From assembly GCA_964016885.1 (NCBI GenBank), contig OZ024744.1, positions 81,158,001 to 81,222,000 of the forward strand: a stretch of DNA of 64,000 bases, read 5' to 3'. Both the position numbers and the translations under genes were made by a program. This DNA is from Eledone cirrhosa (Eukaryota). Under the pieces are notes generated by a model, which did no database searches, was not told the origin of the DNA, and worked only from the letters and a program-made list of their open reading frames with translations. Below are positions 11,788 to 24,677 of the stretch, piece by piece (position 1 is the first letter of the stretch; the number at the start of each line of letters is the position of its first letter).

Positions 11788-11983
11788 GAGATCAGCTGAA
11801 AAGTTCATAGGCTGACCAAGATACTCTCATGGAATGACCAAATGAGGTTTATTTTTCAACATAGTCTCTGGAAAGAAACAATGCAGTTATTAATAAGAAA
11901 AGTTGAAATTAATGCATACAATATTTCACAGCACTAGCATCACTGTTCCATAACCATCCTAAGAACATTTCTGCTGACCCTCA
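11788..11983. mobile_element. Mariner-type MITE
   Basis: TA-GAGATCAGCTGAAAAGTTC...GAACATTTCTGCTGACCCTCA-TA. Second copy at 52955-53143. Confidence 0.8.
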
Positions 11984-14022
11984 TAATTTAGATGTGATGC
12001 AGTTTGGATTTGTGCCAAATTTAATAACCACTGATGCCCTTATCCTGCAAGAGTTCTTAGCAAAGAGTAAGCGACTATACCTTGTATTTGTTGACCCTTT
12101 AATAGGGTGCCATGCACTATAGTTTGGTGGTTGCTAATGAATGTTGACAGATAGCTGGACATAGTGGTGCAAGTCAAGTTCAGAGATGCTGTCAACAAGG
12201 TAAAAATTAACATCAACTTTAAAAGGAATTTTACATGAAGTTAAGAGTCCATCAGAGCTTGGTTGATAGCCTCCATCTCCTTCTGTGTTTATTAGAGTCC
12301 TCCAAGCTATAACAGAAAAGTTTAAGCTTAATCTGTTAAAATAATTAGAGAATAAGTTTCAAACTAAGAATTGAGGGATCTTAAAGTAATCCTAACAAAG
12401 ATGAAAGTTTTAGCAAGAAAAAAGACAGAACTCTGCAACCATCAGGGGATTGGCTATAGTCAATATGCAAAAAAGGAGTAGGTACAAATTCCATATGATG
12501 TACCCAATACACACTATGGGTACACAAGGCAGGCTGAATTGACTTTGAAGTTGATACCCATGTGTTAAGCACCCATAAAATAAATTCTATCAAATACTTG
12601 AAGGGCTTCCTAGAAGTAGTTGATCATTTTCAAAACTTGGGTGGCTTGATGAAATAGAAGAGGAATGTGTTCTGAAAGCATAGTGGCCAGAGTAAGAATG
12701 GTGTGGAAAATATTTAGGGAGCCTTTACTTCTGCTGCCAACAAAGGTATGTTTTCTGAAAGTGAAGGGCAGATTGTATAATGCCTGTCTACAATGTGTGA
12801 TGCTGCATTGTAGCAAAACAAAACATGGGTCTTGAATGGAGAATGTGTGTGAAAGCTGGAAAGAAATGGAGCAAGAATGCTTCATTAGATGTGTAACATC
12901 AATTAAACATAAATAACCTGAGAGAAAAACAAAAGTATGTATATGAGGAATCAGATGTAGTGTGCAAGAGTGGTGACTGAACAGATATGGACATGTGTTG
13001 CATATAGAGGTGAAGAAACACCAGTAGTTCTAAATGGAAGTAAGCTATGGAAGGGGAATACCAAAGATGATATAAGAAGTGGTGGAAGCTGTGTGAAGGT
13101 AAGACCAAGGTTAACTTAAGACGAAGTGGTGAAAGCTGATCTCAGGGAGGCTGAACCTCACAAAGGAGTTGATAAAGAAACTGCAGCAAGTAGTGAGACA
13201 CTGTGCTGGAGAAAACCTGTGTAAACCATGTAAATATCGAAAAATAGTCATAAAATGATGATGATGACGATAATTTTCAAAATGCTGCCGAGATCAATAA
13301 TCTCTGTAACATTTTAAAAATAACTCCAATTAAAATAATTAATCAATCCTATTGCTTAGATCTATGCTGATTACCTTGCAATATTCATTGTAAATTCGTA
13401 GAAAACAATTTCTTGTTTCAAGAAAATATACAAAGTTAAAAGGAACAGCTCAACCATTTTAAGAAAATAGTAAGCCACTTAAAAAAAAAAGAACCCCCCC
13501 ATCAATCAATCATTTGTATAAACTTTCAGAAAAAGAGCCGGAATTGTCTTTTCTTTTTTTTAAATACTTTGTGTAGTCATATTTGTTAATGTTAATTAAT
13601 AAAGAACTTGTTTGAAATGAAATGAAATACTTAGAGTGTTTCGTTAGTAGAGTTTATTATAAAAATCAACATCACTATATCTGTCTCAGAAAAAAAAAAC
13701 AAAAAAACAAAAAAACAAAAAAAAAACGATTTTGCATGCATATATGTATGTGTGAATGTTTCATTGTGTGTACACTTGAGACATGTAAGGAGAGAGGGTT
13801 TAAGAAACAAAGCTAACAAGCTGGTGTAAACCTTCATCAATACTGATACAAGAGCAAAATATATTTGATTCTTCAACATTTTAAACTGCAATTTTTTTTT
13901 CTCCCTCCATAGTGTAGACACAATAAGGAGAAATACATAACATTTTCTCTGTAATTAAAAAAGAAAAATGATACCAAAGTTGGATGAACGAACTCACCTG
14001 GTTGAACTGCCTGTCTAATTAA

Positions 14023-14224
14023 CCCTTTAGCATTTACATTACTCTATATTTACTATTATATTTTCATGGTAAAGTCTTTACCTTACGTTATATCGAATCT
14101 AAGAGATTTTGATATTATATATTTTGAAAACAATACCTTAACATGTGCGACTGGTTATAGCCAGTTTGAACAGAATGAGGTGAGAGAATTCTGGCCAGAT
14201 ACGGTTGGTTTAAATGCTAAAGGG
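14023..14224. mobile_element. piggyBac-like MITE family 1 (about 205 bp)
   Basis: TTAA TSD and TIR CCCTTTAGCATTTA / TAAATGCTAAAGGG. Five copies in the window. Confidence 0.9.
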
Positions 14225-15699
14225 TTAAACAAGAGTTAAATTAGACAGCATGGTATGGTATGATATGGAAAAACGAACAAAAAATAAATAAATAGATAAA
14301 TAAACTAAATTTGTTTATTGCTGGCATAAGACTATCATAAAGTTACAACTAAGTTAATTTTGGTCCTTTTATTTAATACACTCAACACATGGAAGTATAT
14401 AGCATTTTACATCCATTTTTTCTCTCTTTTTTTAACCATGCTAGAAAATCCTGTAAATTATCAGCTGGAGCAGGTGTTCTTGCAATTAGAATGATCTTTC
14501 CTATCACTAACCGTCTAGCTGTAAAATGTGAACGGTTCCTAGTTTTGATCTCTTAAAAAAATATGAATAGAAAAGATTTATAAAGAATATATGTAGAAAT
14601 TAATGCATTGTTTTTTGTTTTTTTTTAAGAAAAAAAAAAATGTGACTAAATATTAATGCAGAGTTGGAAACATTTTTTTTTTGTTTCATATATAGATTTG
14701 CAAATGAAAATAATGCACAAATATAAACATATATGTTAATAGGTGCAGAACCCAGTGTGTATGCATAAATAGATGTTCGTGTATGTGAATTAAAATACAT
14801 ATTTCTCTTATCTAAATTTTAAAAATATTTAAAAAATGTTTAAGTCAACTTAATAATTAGTTTTATATACATAAAAATAATAATAACAATAATAATAATA
14901 TTAATAATGATAATGATAATAATATTAATAAAATTTTATATAAATGTAGTGGTAGTAAAAAAATAAATAAATAAGGATCAAATTTTATAATAGTTTTAAC
15001 CAGATTATATCTGTTCTAATGAAAACAAAAATGTGGTGATTATATTTTCAAACATCATTTTCAGGTATTACATAAAAAAAAAAAAAAAATAATGTCCACA
15101 GCAAGTGTGTATCTATAGGTGCCTAAACAAGTATGAAACCTTTTAATAGATCTTGTGTTTGTGTGTCTATTATATATGAACTAAAAATATTTTTATTTAC
15201 TTATATGATGTGTTACTATCCAGAGAGAAGACGTTTAAATGCAAAATGCTGTTGGATTTCTAAATTAGCAAAGAAACATCACAATTAGGAACTATATAAT
15301 AAATAAACACCCTCACAAGTATAATGTATGCATTAAATTAGTATAAATATATATATATATCATCATTTAACAACTGTTTTACCATGTTAGTATGGGTTGG
15401 ACCATATATATATATTCCAAACCCATGCAAGCATGGAAGATGGACGTTAAACGATGATGGTGATGATAGATCATCATTTTATGTCTGTATATATATATGG
15501 CATCCAGCTGTAGAAATCATGCCAAAACTAGACCATTTATAAATGGGAGCATAGCAGCTCTGATAAAATTCCATTTTGGTCTGTGACAGCCTGTCCAACC
15601 CATGGTAAAATGGATGTTGAATGACAATGATGATGATATAATATTAGTGGAAACGGCTACTTTTCTGAGAAAAAGTGCTCAATACATGTGTGAGAGTGT

Positions 15700-15798
15700 A
15701 TATTCACACACACACAATACATACTTATATACATATATATACATACATATATATATATACATATACACACATTCATATATATATATACATATACACAC

Positions 15799-15845
<47 letters not shown>

Positions 15846-15918
15846 CATACACACATATACACATATATATATACATTTACATATACATACATATACACAT
15901 ATATATATATATATATAT
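15700..15918. repeat. Compound (TA)n/(CA)n microsatellite
   Basis: Direct inspection. Similar tracts at 24970-25040, 34465-34705, 35515-35590, 38225-38372, 38945-39007, 43085-43124, 56285-56333, 61465-61525 and 63220-63292. Confidence 0.95.
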
Positions 15919-17032
15919 GATGTAAATCAAATTTTAAATTCCACAAAATTGCAACATATATCTTAAATCTTAAAATAATAAATGATCATTATGTGCATGT
16001 GTGAACAATTTTAACTAATTAAATATAATATCATCATGAGTAATTACTATTAATTTAAAAAAAAATGGTAAACTAATTGATATAACGAGGGATTTGAATA
16101 AAAAAAAAATTAAATTAGGATTTGCTGAGAAGAAAATTAATTAAAATATTATAGTTATGGGATTTATTTTACAGTTAATTAATGATAATTTCTATCATAA
16201 TCAGCTTTATCTTTCATCCCTTTATGATTGCTAAAATAAGTACCAGATCTGGTTTCAGAACCAAGCGCCTAGAGTGGAGACCTCACAATCTATGAAATGA
16301 GATGCTTTTGGCTAACAGTTAGCAAGATTAGAAGGGACCAGGAAGGTCAGAAATGAAGATATTGAACAGATGGTTGGTGCCATATTTATCAACTAGTTCA
16401 AAGGCCTGGAACAGAAATCTCCCAACCTGTAAGATGAGATGTCTTTGGCAAACAGGTAGCAAAACCAGAAAGCAACAGGTATGAAAGTTCAGAAATGAAG
16501 ACACTAGACAAATGGTTGGTGCCATACATATCAACGGCTTCATAGTTCAACAATGAATACAATGATTTGGTCATCTGGTCATCATCATCATCAAAGGTCT
16601 GCTTTCCCTGATAGCAATGGTTGACGGGTCTTCACAGACTGAGCTATTACTGAAGTATATCTACTGACATACCTGCCAGGCTAGGCGCCAGCATTCTTTG
16701 CTTACATACTCTAATAAGTGCTTTTTCATGTGGCACCAGCCACCAGCTGTCATGTTTTGACACCAAGAACGTCAATTAACCAGCCAGCGGACCTTGAAGG
16801 CCTATAACACAAAATGCTTGGAATTGAGAGCCAGAGGAAAGAGTATGTTGGTAGTAGATTGACAATAGAGTTACTGATACACTCCACATCCACAGTATGG
16901 CAAAACTACAGGCCTCACACCTTGCTGTTGATCACCAACTTCATCTACCCACAATACTTTCCAAGTAGAAGTGCCTACATACACTCCAACAAAAAAAATT
17001 ATACTAAAAAAATGTTAATATATTGGAGGGGA

Positions 17033-17268
17033 TCATCATCATCATCATCACCGTTTTACGTTCGTTCTTCCACACTAGCATGGGTCAGACAGGTTGTTCT
17101 GTTGTGGGCATGTCTTGCTCATACGGGAACTGATTCTGGCTTGATTTCTACAGCTGGATGCCCTTCCTAACACCAACCTCATTTACAGTGAGTACTGGGT
17201 GCTTTTTTTCCGTGGCGCCTACACGTCCACTTTACACTGTGGACTGGGTGCTTTTTGCTGTGGCACCT
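17033..17268 (-). mobile_element. SINE family C (3' portion)
   Basis: (CAT)n tail, then TTTCTACAGCTGGATGCCCTTCCTAACACCAACC. Truncated next to the Helitron. Confidence 0.85.
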
Positions 17269-17276
17269 CTATACAA

Positions 17277-18669
17277 TCTATACTATAAAGCTGACGGTTG
17301 TATGTAGGTAACAAACTTTCTGCCAAATGGCTGGACCAAACAGCATCATAGATGTAACTTTTTCCAAGTAAAAAAGTGAGGGTATTTTTGTCTACTGAAT
17401 TTTGTTAAAAGATTAAAGACATTATTTAAATAATTCACTTCTTTAAAATTTCAACACTTCCGGTTATACGTCATTCCTCACTTTTTCTTATGACGTCGCA
17501 CAACAATCTCCTCTTTTTCTTAGTCTGTCTTTTTAGATAGATACATAGCTATACTGTAGCGCCCTTATAATATGTCTCTGTAAGTCTGCTGTCTGCACTA
17601 GATAACGTTTTTCGAAATATTTAATTCTGCGTTCACAGACGGATTTTTTTAGTTTCAGATCTCATTAAGGGTGAAAGCAGAAATTCTTTGCTTAAACTTT
17701 AATGTTATTTTAATATATATATTCGTGTACAGATATTTTTGCATACACAAAAACAAAAACCTATTTATTTCACGAAAGCGCAGACGGCTTTGTTACTGTT
17801 CGAGGTTAGAGGACCACAGTCTTTCCAAGATCTAAGAACCATCAATGACCATCAATGTTCCACTTACCGTCTGGCTTGCCAGATGCGTGGTATGTTACAC
17901 GATGACAGCCATTGGTACCTCACCCTGCAAGAAACAGCAACTGCTAAAGTCACTTCTCAGCTGCGAAAACTTTTTGCTATTATGCTGCACAACTGTGATC
18001 TCGCCGACCCTCTCACACTGTGGAACAACCACCGGGAAAGTCTAGCTGAGGACATCCTCCACCGCACACGCAGACACAATCCAGACGTAACATATAATGT
18101 CGTTTTCAATGAGGCACTCATTTGTCTTGAAAACAGTGTTCTGGAGATTGGTGGTAGGCCTCTAAGTCACTACAGCTTACCTACTCCTGACAGGAGTGTC
18201 TAGAGGTCAACGTCTACAGAGCTTCTCCATGAGATGAACTACGAGAACAGTGCTTCTCCCATGGTCAATTGTATGTAGGATGCTCTAGGGTGAGCTCGCT
18301 AAACAATCTCTTCATCTTTGCTCCGGAGGGCCGAACAAAAAATATTGTATACTCTGAGGCTCTAACAATGTAATTTAAATATTTTCTGTTACTTGGAATT
18401 TCCATTATGGTTGTACAAATTATTGTTTCTAAAAAATGTGTTCTCTGTTCAGCCTTTATTGTTGTAACTATCAATTTTCTTTAATGTATTGGCATCTGAA
18501 CTGGGGAATCCTAAAAACTATTCAAACCCAACATCAGAGCACATTAACCCCCGCCCCCTCACTGACTTGAGAGGGTGTGCGATATCTTTACACTGGAGTG
18601 GAGGGGGGATTCCTGAAAAGATAAAATGCCGGTATACCTAGCCAGGCGCCAACCGGATGGGCCAGCTAG
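17277..18669 (+). mobile_element. Non-autonomous Helitron with both termini and a RepHel coding remnant
   Basis: A|TCTATACTATAAAGCTG 5' end. GC-rich subterminal segment, then CTAG|T 3' end. No TSD. Internal RepHel fragment. Confidence 0.85.
17790..18203 (+). pseudogene. Helitron Rep-helicase fragment (linker between Rep and Pif1-like helicase)
   Basis: LLLFEVRGPQSFQDLRTIND...TYRLACQMRGMLHDDSHW...QLRKLFAIML...DPLTLW...SLAEDI is the typical RepHel signature. Catalytic domains are absent. Confidence 0.9.
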
Positions 18670-19089
18670 TAAACTATACTTCTCACTTACCTGTGCTTAA
18701 CTATATAATAGTATAATTGTGCTTAACTAAGGACTCATTATATAATAGTATACCAAAAATGAATTTGAAAAAAGTATAATCACAATTTTTGCACAACTAT
18801 TAATAAAAATGTATGTAAAATGTAGAAGACTAAAAAAAAATAAATTAAAAAATTAACCAAATTTTATTTTTTAATATAATTTCTTTTTTCAAGTGATAAA
18901 AATACCAAGGTAAAGCAAGAGACATTGATGGATAAAAAGAAATGTGAAAATGTTTATAGGAATTGATTTAATATTCCTTACAAAAAATTCTTCTTTTCTT
19001 TTCTTTTTTTTTTTATTTAACCATACTAAAAAAAATAGTATGACCTGAATTAAGATAGAATAAATAAAGTTAATTAATAAATTGAATCT

Positions 19090-19255
19090 CATCAGATCAG
19101 ACCAAAGAAACAATATTTTCATTGATCTTTCCATTGCTGATACTATTTGCTGGTCCAACTTTTGGCAGATGGAGCCATGTGTTTCCTGGTTCAGGGAACC
19201 AAACCCATGGTTTTATGATCATGTGTTCTTACCCTAACCAGTGGACCAGACACCT
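19090..19255 (-). mobile_element. Degenerate tRNA SINE (family E)
   Basis: Similar to 40730-40987 (GGAAACAATGTTTCCATTGGTC..CCATTG.TGATACTAT). Another piece lies at about 19300-19380. Confidence 0.55.
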
Positions 19256-19380
19256 AATAATTAATAAAGATAAATGGTTTATATATATATATATCGACAG
19301 TCGATCGACTTTCATCAAATGGGACTGAGGAAACAATGTTTCTGTTGGTCTTTCCAATTGCTAATACTATGTGAAATAAA

Positions 19381-19738
19381 GTGTGTTGTTTCCTTGAGCA
19401 AGACACTTTATTTCACATTACTCCAGTTTACTTAGAAATGAGATGATAGGACTGGGGTCCTTATCATTCCACTGCAAAGTGGTCGTGGAAGTGGCATGGC
19501 AAAAAAGCACCCAGCCCACACTGTAAAGTGGACGTGCAGGCGCCACGGAAAAAAAGCACCTAGCACTCACTGTGAATGAGGTTGGTGTTAGGAAGGGCAT
19601 CCAGCTGTAGAAATCAAGCCAGAATCAGTTCCATATGAGCAAGACATGGTCACCTCACCTGGCATTGCCCACAACAGGACAGCACGTCTAACCCATGCTA
19701 CCATGGAAGAATGGACGTAAAACATTGATGATGATGAT
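19381..19738 (+). mobile_element. SINE family C (head truncated) with RTE-type tail
   Basis: CORE-like TTCCTTGAGCAAGACACTT, internal duplicated AAAAAAGCACC units, tail GGACGTAAAAC(GAT)n. Confidence 0.9.
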
Positions 19739-19764
19739 CTATCAGTTGCAATATATATATATGT

Positions 19765-19925
19765 AATGAAGGAAGTGTGGACCATAACGCACCAGAGTAC
19801 TCGATAATGTGGGTAATAGAAAAAGAGTCAGGACCTCGATGGTTGAGCTCTGGCCGTTTTGACAGGTAGTTCAGAACTAGCTGCCGAAATGGCCGGAGCT
19901 CAGCTGTCGGGGTCCCGACTCTTTT

Positions 19926-19930
<5 letters not shown>
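19765..19930. mobile_element. Fold-back element (palindrome 19816-19930), same family as 5999-6195
   Basis: AAAGAGTCAGGACCTCGATGGTTGAGCTCTGGCCGTTTT / GAAATGGCCGGAGCTCAGCTGTCGGGGTCCCGACTCTTT. Flanked by (TA)n. Confidence 0.75.
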
Positions 19931-19979
<49 letters not shown>

Positions 19980-21826
19980 TACACATATACATAGATGCAC
20001 CATTGCCACAACTTTCAAGTCACTTCCACCTTTTACTTTAGAAAATACAACTTATAATTTGTTCACCTGTATTGAGTGTTCATTCACTTAATGTTTGACT
20101 ATTCTATATACATGCATGTATACAGGACATGGTTTATATATATATATATATGTATATATATTAACATTAATGTATTCAATACCTACATGTGATTGAGTGT
20201 GTAGAATCCATTATATAGTATCAAACCTATAGTGTTTGCTACATTGGAAAACAGTAAATTCTTTTCAGGAAGATTTGGCTGCTTATTTGAGTGGATCAAG
20301 TGACACATGAATGGACCTGTTATTTTTATCTAAAGACGTTTTTTCCAATTCCAACCCGCCCGTCCCCTCAATCTATCTTATGCTATATCAAGTGTTAACC
20401 TAATATATCCTTTCCATATACTGTACCGGTTGTGTTGTTATTTCTGTTTACCTTTTACATATATATATATTATATATATACATATACATACATACACACA
20501 GAGATAGATAGATAGATCAGAAATATACCAGTTTGAAACTAGTAAGATCATTATTCAGCAGAGTACTCTACTTGGAAAGTACAGTGTAACACTATATTAG
20601 AGCAAATTCTATCTCTCTCTCTCTCTATATATATATATATAGAGAGAGAGAGAGACACACACACACACAGAATGGAGGGCACTAATTATTTTTTAAAAAA
20701 AAGTACAAGAAATTGTAAAGTCATAAAAAAGAGAGATTTATAAATTTTGAATCATAGCTTCTATGGAAATTATTGTAACATTAACACAATGTTATTCAGA
20801 ATAAGGGCTTCTATGGATCTACATACAATATGTTTATGTATAATAAACATACATTTAGTCTGGCTGTGAGTATTGTATGATCACTGCTTAAAATACGCAC
20901 AATGAGAATAAATGTAAGTACATTAACTAAACATAATGCATATGAACCCATGTATAGCTTTATTTTTCAATAGAAAATATTTAAATAATAATAATAATAA
21001 TAATAATAAAATGTTTCATAAAGCTAATACATACTGTTTAAAAAGATTTTGTTTCTTGAAACATAACTGGATGAAGTAGCTACTCATATAATGTGGACAT
21101 TTGGTGTGTGCATACATTCTTATTAAGAATCCCCCTTACCGTGGTTGGACAGCACGTTTATTAACCAATATATTTAAGAATAACCCCCATCTTAGATATT
21201 CACTCTTTATGCTGCTTCCATGGTGATCAGGTCAAAGAGAGGGAGATATTAGACTAAATATGATCAAAACTTCATCCTCTGACCAAAATTCCCCAATCAT
21301 ATCTGATAATGTATCTTTTATATTTGAAGCTATAATAGCTCTGATTACGGAACCAAATTCAACATGTGATGCTGACAAACAACAGTTCATCGCATATTAA
21401 ATACATTATACAGATCACACACCACCATTTTCATTGTCATATATATAAATATATATATACACATATATATATGTTCAATAAGTCAATCTACAGTAGATAC
21501 ACCGGGATTAAAGATTCATAGAGATATAGAGATATTTTTCTTAGCTTAGCCACAAGCTAAAACACAACATTTAGTCAAAAGAAATACAAGCTTAAAAGCT
21601 TTCAATACCTAATTTGTTTTTATATTTTGGAAAACATTAGCCTAACATTACTGTAAATCCTTTCAAAGAAACTGCTTAAATAATTATTTAATTATAATTG
21701 ATTTAATTAATCATGGTAGCTAAGTATATTATCAACTCAGTCTTTTTTAACTTGGACAGCAATGAATTTATTTTGCAAGGTTTTTGATATGAAATCATGT
21801 GTTGAAACAAATATTGTTATATTTGG

Positions 21827-22035
21827 GGAGGGTCATGTTGTTATAATATTACCAAAAATATCTAATAAAACACACTCACTATTTGGTTTAGATTGGTTTT
21901 TGCTTCAGTATATTTTAACTACAGCTAAATTAACTATAGAGATATAAAATATACTGAAGTGAAAACCAACCGAAACCAAACAGTGAGTGTGTTTTACTAT
22001 ATATTTCTGGCAATATTAGAACAACATGACCCTCC
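21827..22035. repeat. Imperfect 209-bp fold-back (about 90-bp arms)
   Basis: GGAGGGTCATGTTGTT...CTTCAGTATATTTTA / TAAAATATACTGAAG...AACAACATGACCCTCC. Confidence 0.8.
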
Positions 22036-22689
22036 TCTTTTTATATTTATATTTATTAAAAAAAACCCAACAACTAAATAGTAGAAAATGTCAAATACTA
22101 TAAATATTTATAGTTTTCTAGTTGAAATGGACTGTAGAGAGGACTCCTTGTTCAGTCAGTATGGAGAATACAGAGCTATTGGAATGAAAGGAAGAGAGAA
22201 AACAGCAGCTTAGCTCACAGTTTGGGGGTAGGCAGCAGAAATAGTTTCTTGTTGGTTATGGTTATGGAGCGGAAGAGAAGAGATAATCTGGAAACCAGGA
22301 GGAGAAAATGGACAGAGATTTTGCTACCATTGTTGACCTACCAATGAGAGTGCTTTGTGGTTCAGGATCAAAACACCCCATGAACATTAGACACTGTCTG
22401 ATGACATCAACTCTACCTGGTCAAGGCTATATTCACTAAAGGTGAGTGAATACATGTGAGGTAACTTCTCTAAGATGTAATTATTTGTAATGCAGAAATA
22501 ATAGAGAAAACAACAACACTGTCTATCTAAAAGAGGAAGAAAAATATTCATTCGAGAGTTAAAAAAAAATAATGTTAAATAATAAATAATTGAAATTCAT
22601 TTACCCAGATGTTTCCATTGATTTAATCAACTTGCTCCCTTTCTCAAAAATTGATAGCCTGGTGCCTAAATTAGAAACCATTATTAAAA

Positions 22690-22880
22690 AAGCTGGGGGA
22701 GTTAGCTTAAATGACAGTATTCATTTATGAGTTCAAATCCCACCAGAATTGGATTTTGCCTTTAATCTTTCTGAGGTTGGGGTGTGTGTAGGGACTTCAA
22801 TAAAATATTACCAGTAATACACTAAAATTGATATAATCAACTGTGTCTGTGCCTTCCCCACCCCAATTATTAGATATTAT
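22690..22880 (+). mobile_element. Degenerate family B (Nin-like) SINE
   Basis: GAGTTCAAATCCCACC...TTTGCCTTTAATCTTTCTGAGG...TACCAGTAATACACT. Confidence 0.6.
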
Positions 22881-23091
22881 CATTATCATTTATCAAAAAG
22901 GTTCCCTATGTGGTGTTTGGAACATAAAAGGTACTATGCTGGTGTTTGGAACATAAAAGTCCTTACATAAAAATTACGATGGAAGGTTTTTAGATATATA
23001 AATATAGATACTTAAAAAATAAATAATTATGCATCATATAACTGGGGATAGTTTTTGGAGGTTTGGTAGTGAAAGAGGTTTATGACCTTAA

Positions 23092-23295
23092 GCCTTTAGC
23101 ATTTACATTACTCTATATATACTATTGTATATGGTAAAGGCTTTACTTCACATAATATCGAATCTATGAGATTTTGATAATATTTATTTTGAGAACAATA
23201 CCTTAACATTGATATGAGTGGCTGGTTACAGCTGGTTTGAACAAAAAGAGGAGAGAGAATTCTGGCTGGATACGACCGGTTTAAATGCTAAAAGG
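23092..23295. mobile_element. piggyBac-like MITE family 1
   Basis: TTAA flanks, TIR (G)CCTTTAGCATTTA, colinear with 14023-14224. Confidence 0.88.
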
Positions 23296-24008
23296 TTAAG
23301 CCATCTCAAACTGAAATGGTGGTTTCACCCCCTGCCGGAACTGAAAAAACATCAACAAAATAAGTATCAACATTCACACCGCAGAGGTCCTAAAAAGCCT
23401 CTGCTAAAGTGAACTAATCAACTTAAATAACTAGGACATGACCCTCCTGTTCTGCATCATTTGACATGCAAAGACCGATTCTTTAGAAGACTTTGTTATC
23501 TGTTATACATAAACAGTGGCAGTGCCCCTTGGCTGGAACGCAAATAAATAAATAAACATTATGTCAAACAGAAGTTATACAATGATGGAAATATTTTTAA
23601 AAAAGGATATAAAACAAAATTAATTAATGAAAACAAACGAGGAGGGGGGGCTAAAGAAGGGCAGATCTGGCTGTATAGGAAAGTGGAGGAAAGGACTATA
23701 AATGCCATAAATTAGAGGAAAAGGAGAGAAAAAGCAAAGACTCTTGGGCCACAAAAGAAAGAGAGGGGAAAGCGAAGAAGATGACAGGCTCTATGTCTAG
23801 GGCAGGATGGTGCTTAATCAAAAGACTATACTGAGAAAACTTGGTTACTGAAAAATGCAATTGTAAATAATGGGATATCCACTTAAATGACAGCGAATGT
23901 ATTGATATTTCATATGAATATGAAATCACACACAGTATTATGATTCTTAATTCTATTCCTGATGCAAAGTGACTGCGACTATCACCTGACTATTTCCATG
24001 ATTATACA

Positions 24009-24392
24009 GAAGGCGCATGGCTTAGTGGTTAGAGCATTGGGCTTGCAATCGGGAGGTTGTGAGTTTGATTCTTGGACTGGGCAATGCCTTGTGTCCTTGG
24101 ACAATATCGGTGGCATGGAGAGGGGAAGCTGGTATGCATGGGCGACTGCTGGTCTCCAACAAACAAACTTGCCTGGATTTGTACCTTGGAGGGATACTTT
24201 CTAGGTGCAAATCTTATGGCCATTCCTGACCGTGCATCTAGTTTATAAGAGGAACACCATATCTCTGCATGTTGTAAGAAGTGACTAAAAGGGGCAGTAT
24301 CAGGACGGGCATCCAGGCGTAAAAGATTACCCCTCAAAATCCTGTCCAACCCATGCCAACATGGAAAAGCCGATGTAAAAATGAGGTGATAA
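24009..24392 (+). mobile_element. tRNA SINE (family D) joined to an RTE-tailed segment
   Basis: Head GGCGCATGGCTTAGTGGTTAGAGC...GAGTTTGATTC. Body ATGGGCGACTGCTGGTC (also at 36068-36168). Tail TCCAACCCATGCCAACATGGAAAAG. Confidence 0.75.
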
Positions 24393-24677
24393 TGGTATAC
24401 AAATATTCCATTACTGTCTCTCTCTCTTTCTATACACACACACACACGTGTGTATGTAATAATTCAAGCATAAGATAATATCAAAATTGTCAAAAATACA
24501 TATGTAGAGACATTTTGTCTTGGCAATTTCTTACACTTGAATTATTGTGTTACTGCTCCTAATGAAAACTGTTAAATTTTAAATTAGTATAGCTGGCGTT
24601 AGGTTCTAATAGTGGCTATTTTTGACCTATGCATTGGTGACAATATGATTAATAATTTTAACCAATATATATATATA

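Larger units (their letters stand above)
9335..13272 (+). mobile_element. Highly decayed near full-length RTE LINE, interrupted by SINEs and MITEs
   Basis: Pieces occur in order: INVG...KGRSGEIVEILE.RRVDVYCVQEVRWR (APE), LDVMQFGFVP, LYLVFVD, WKIFRE, KVKGRLYNAC, then a (GAT)n tail at about 13255-13272. Confidence 0.8.

Noticed and set aside
15602-15925. ORFs rich in YI/HT/CV dipeptides (also near 34400-34800, 38116-38408, 39073-39752)
   Set aside because: Translations of (TA)n/(CA)n microsatellites.
22392-22462. CTGATGA followed by GAATACATGTG as a hammerhead (similar weak cases near 21340, 35360, 59410)
   Set aside because: The core is incomplete and the stems are unsupported; too degenerate to call.
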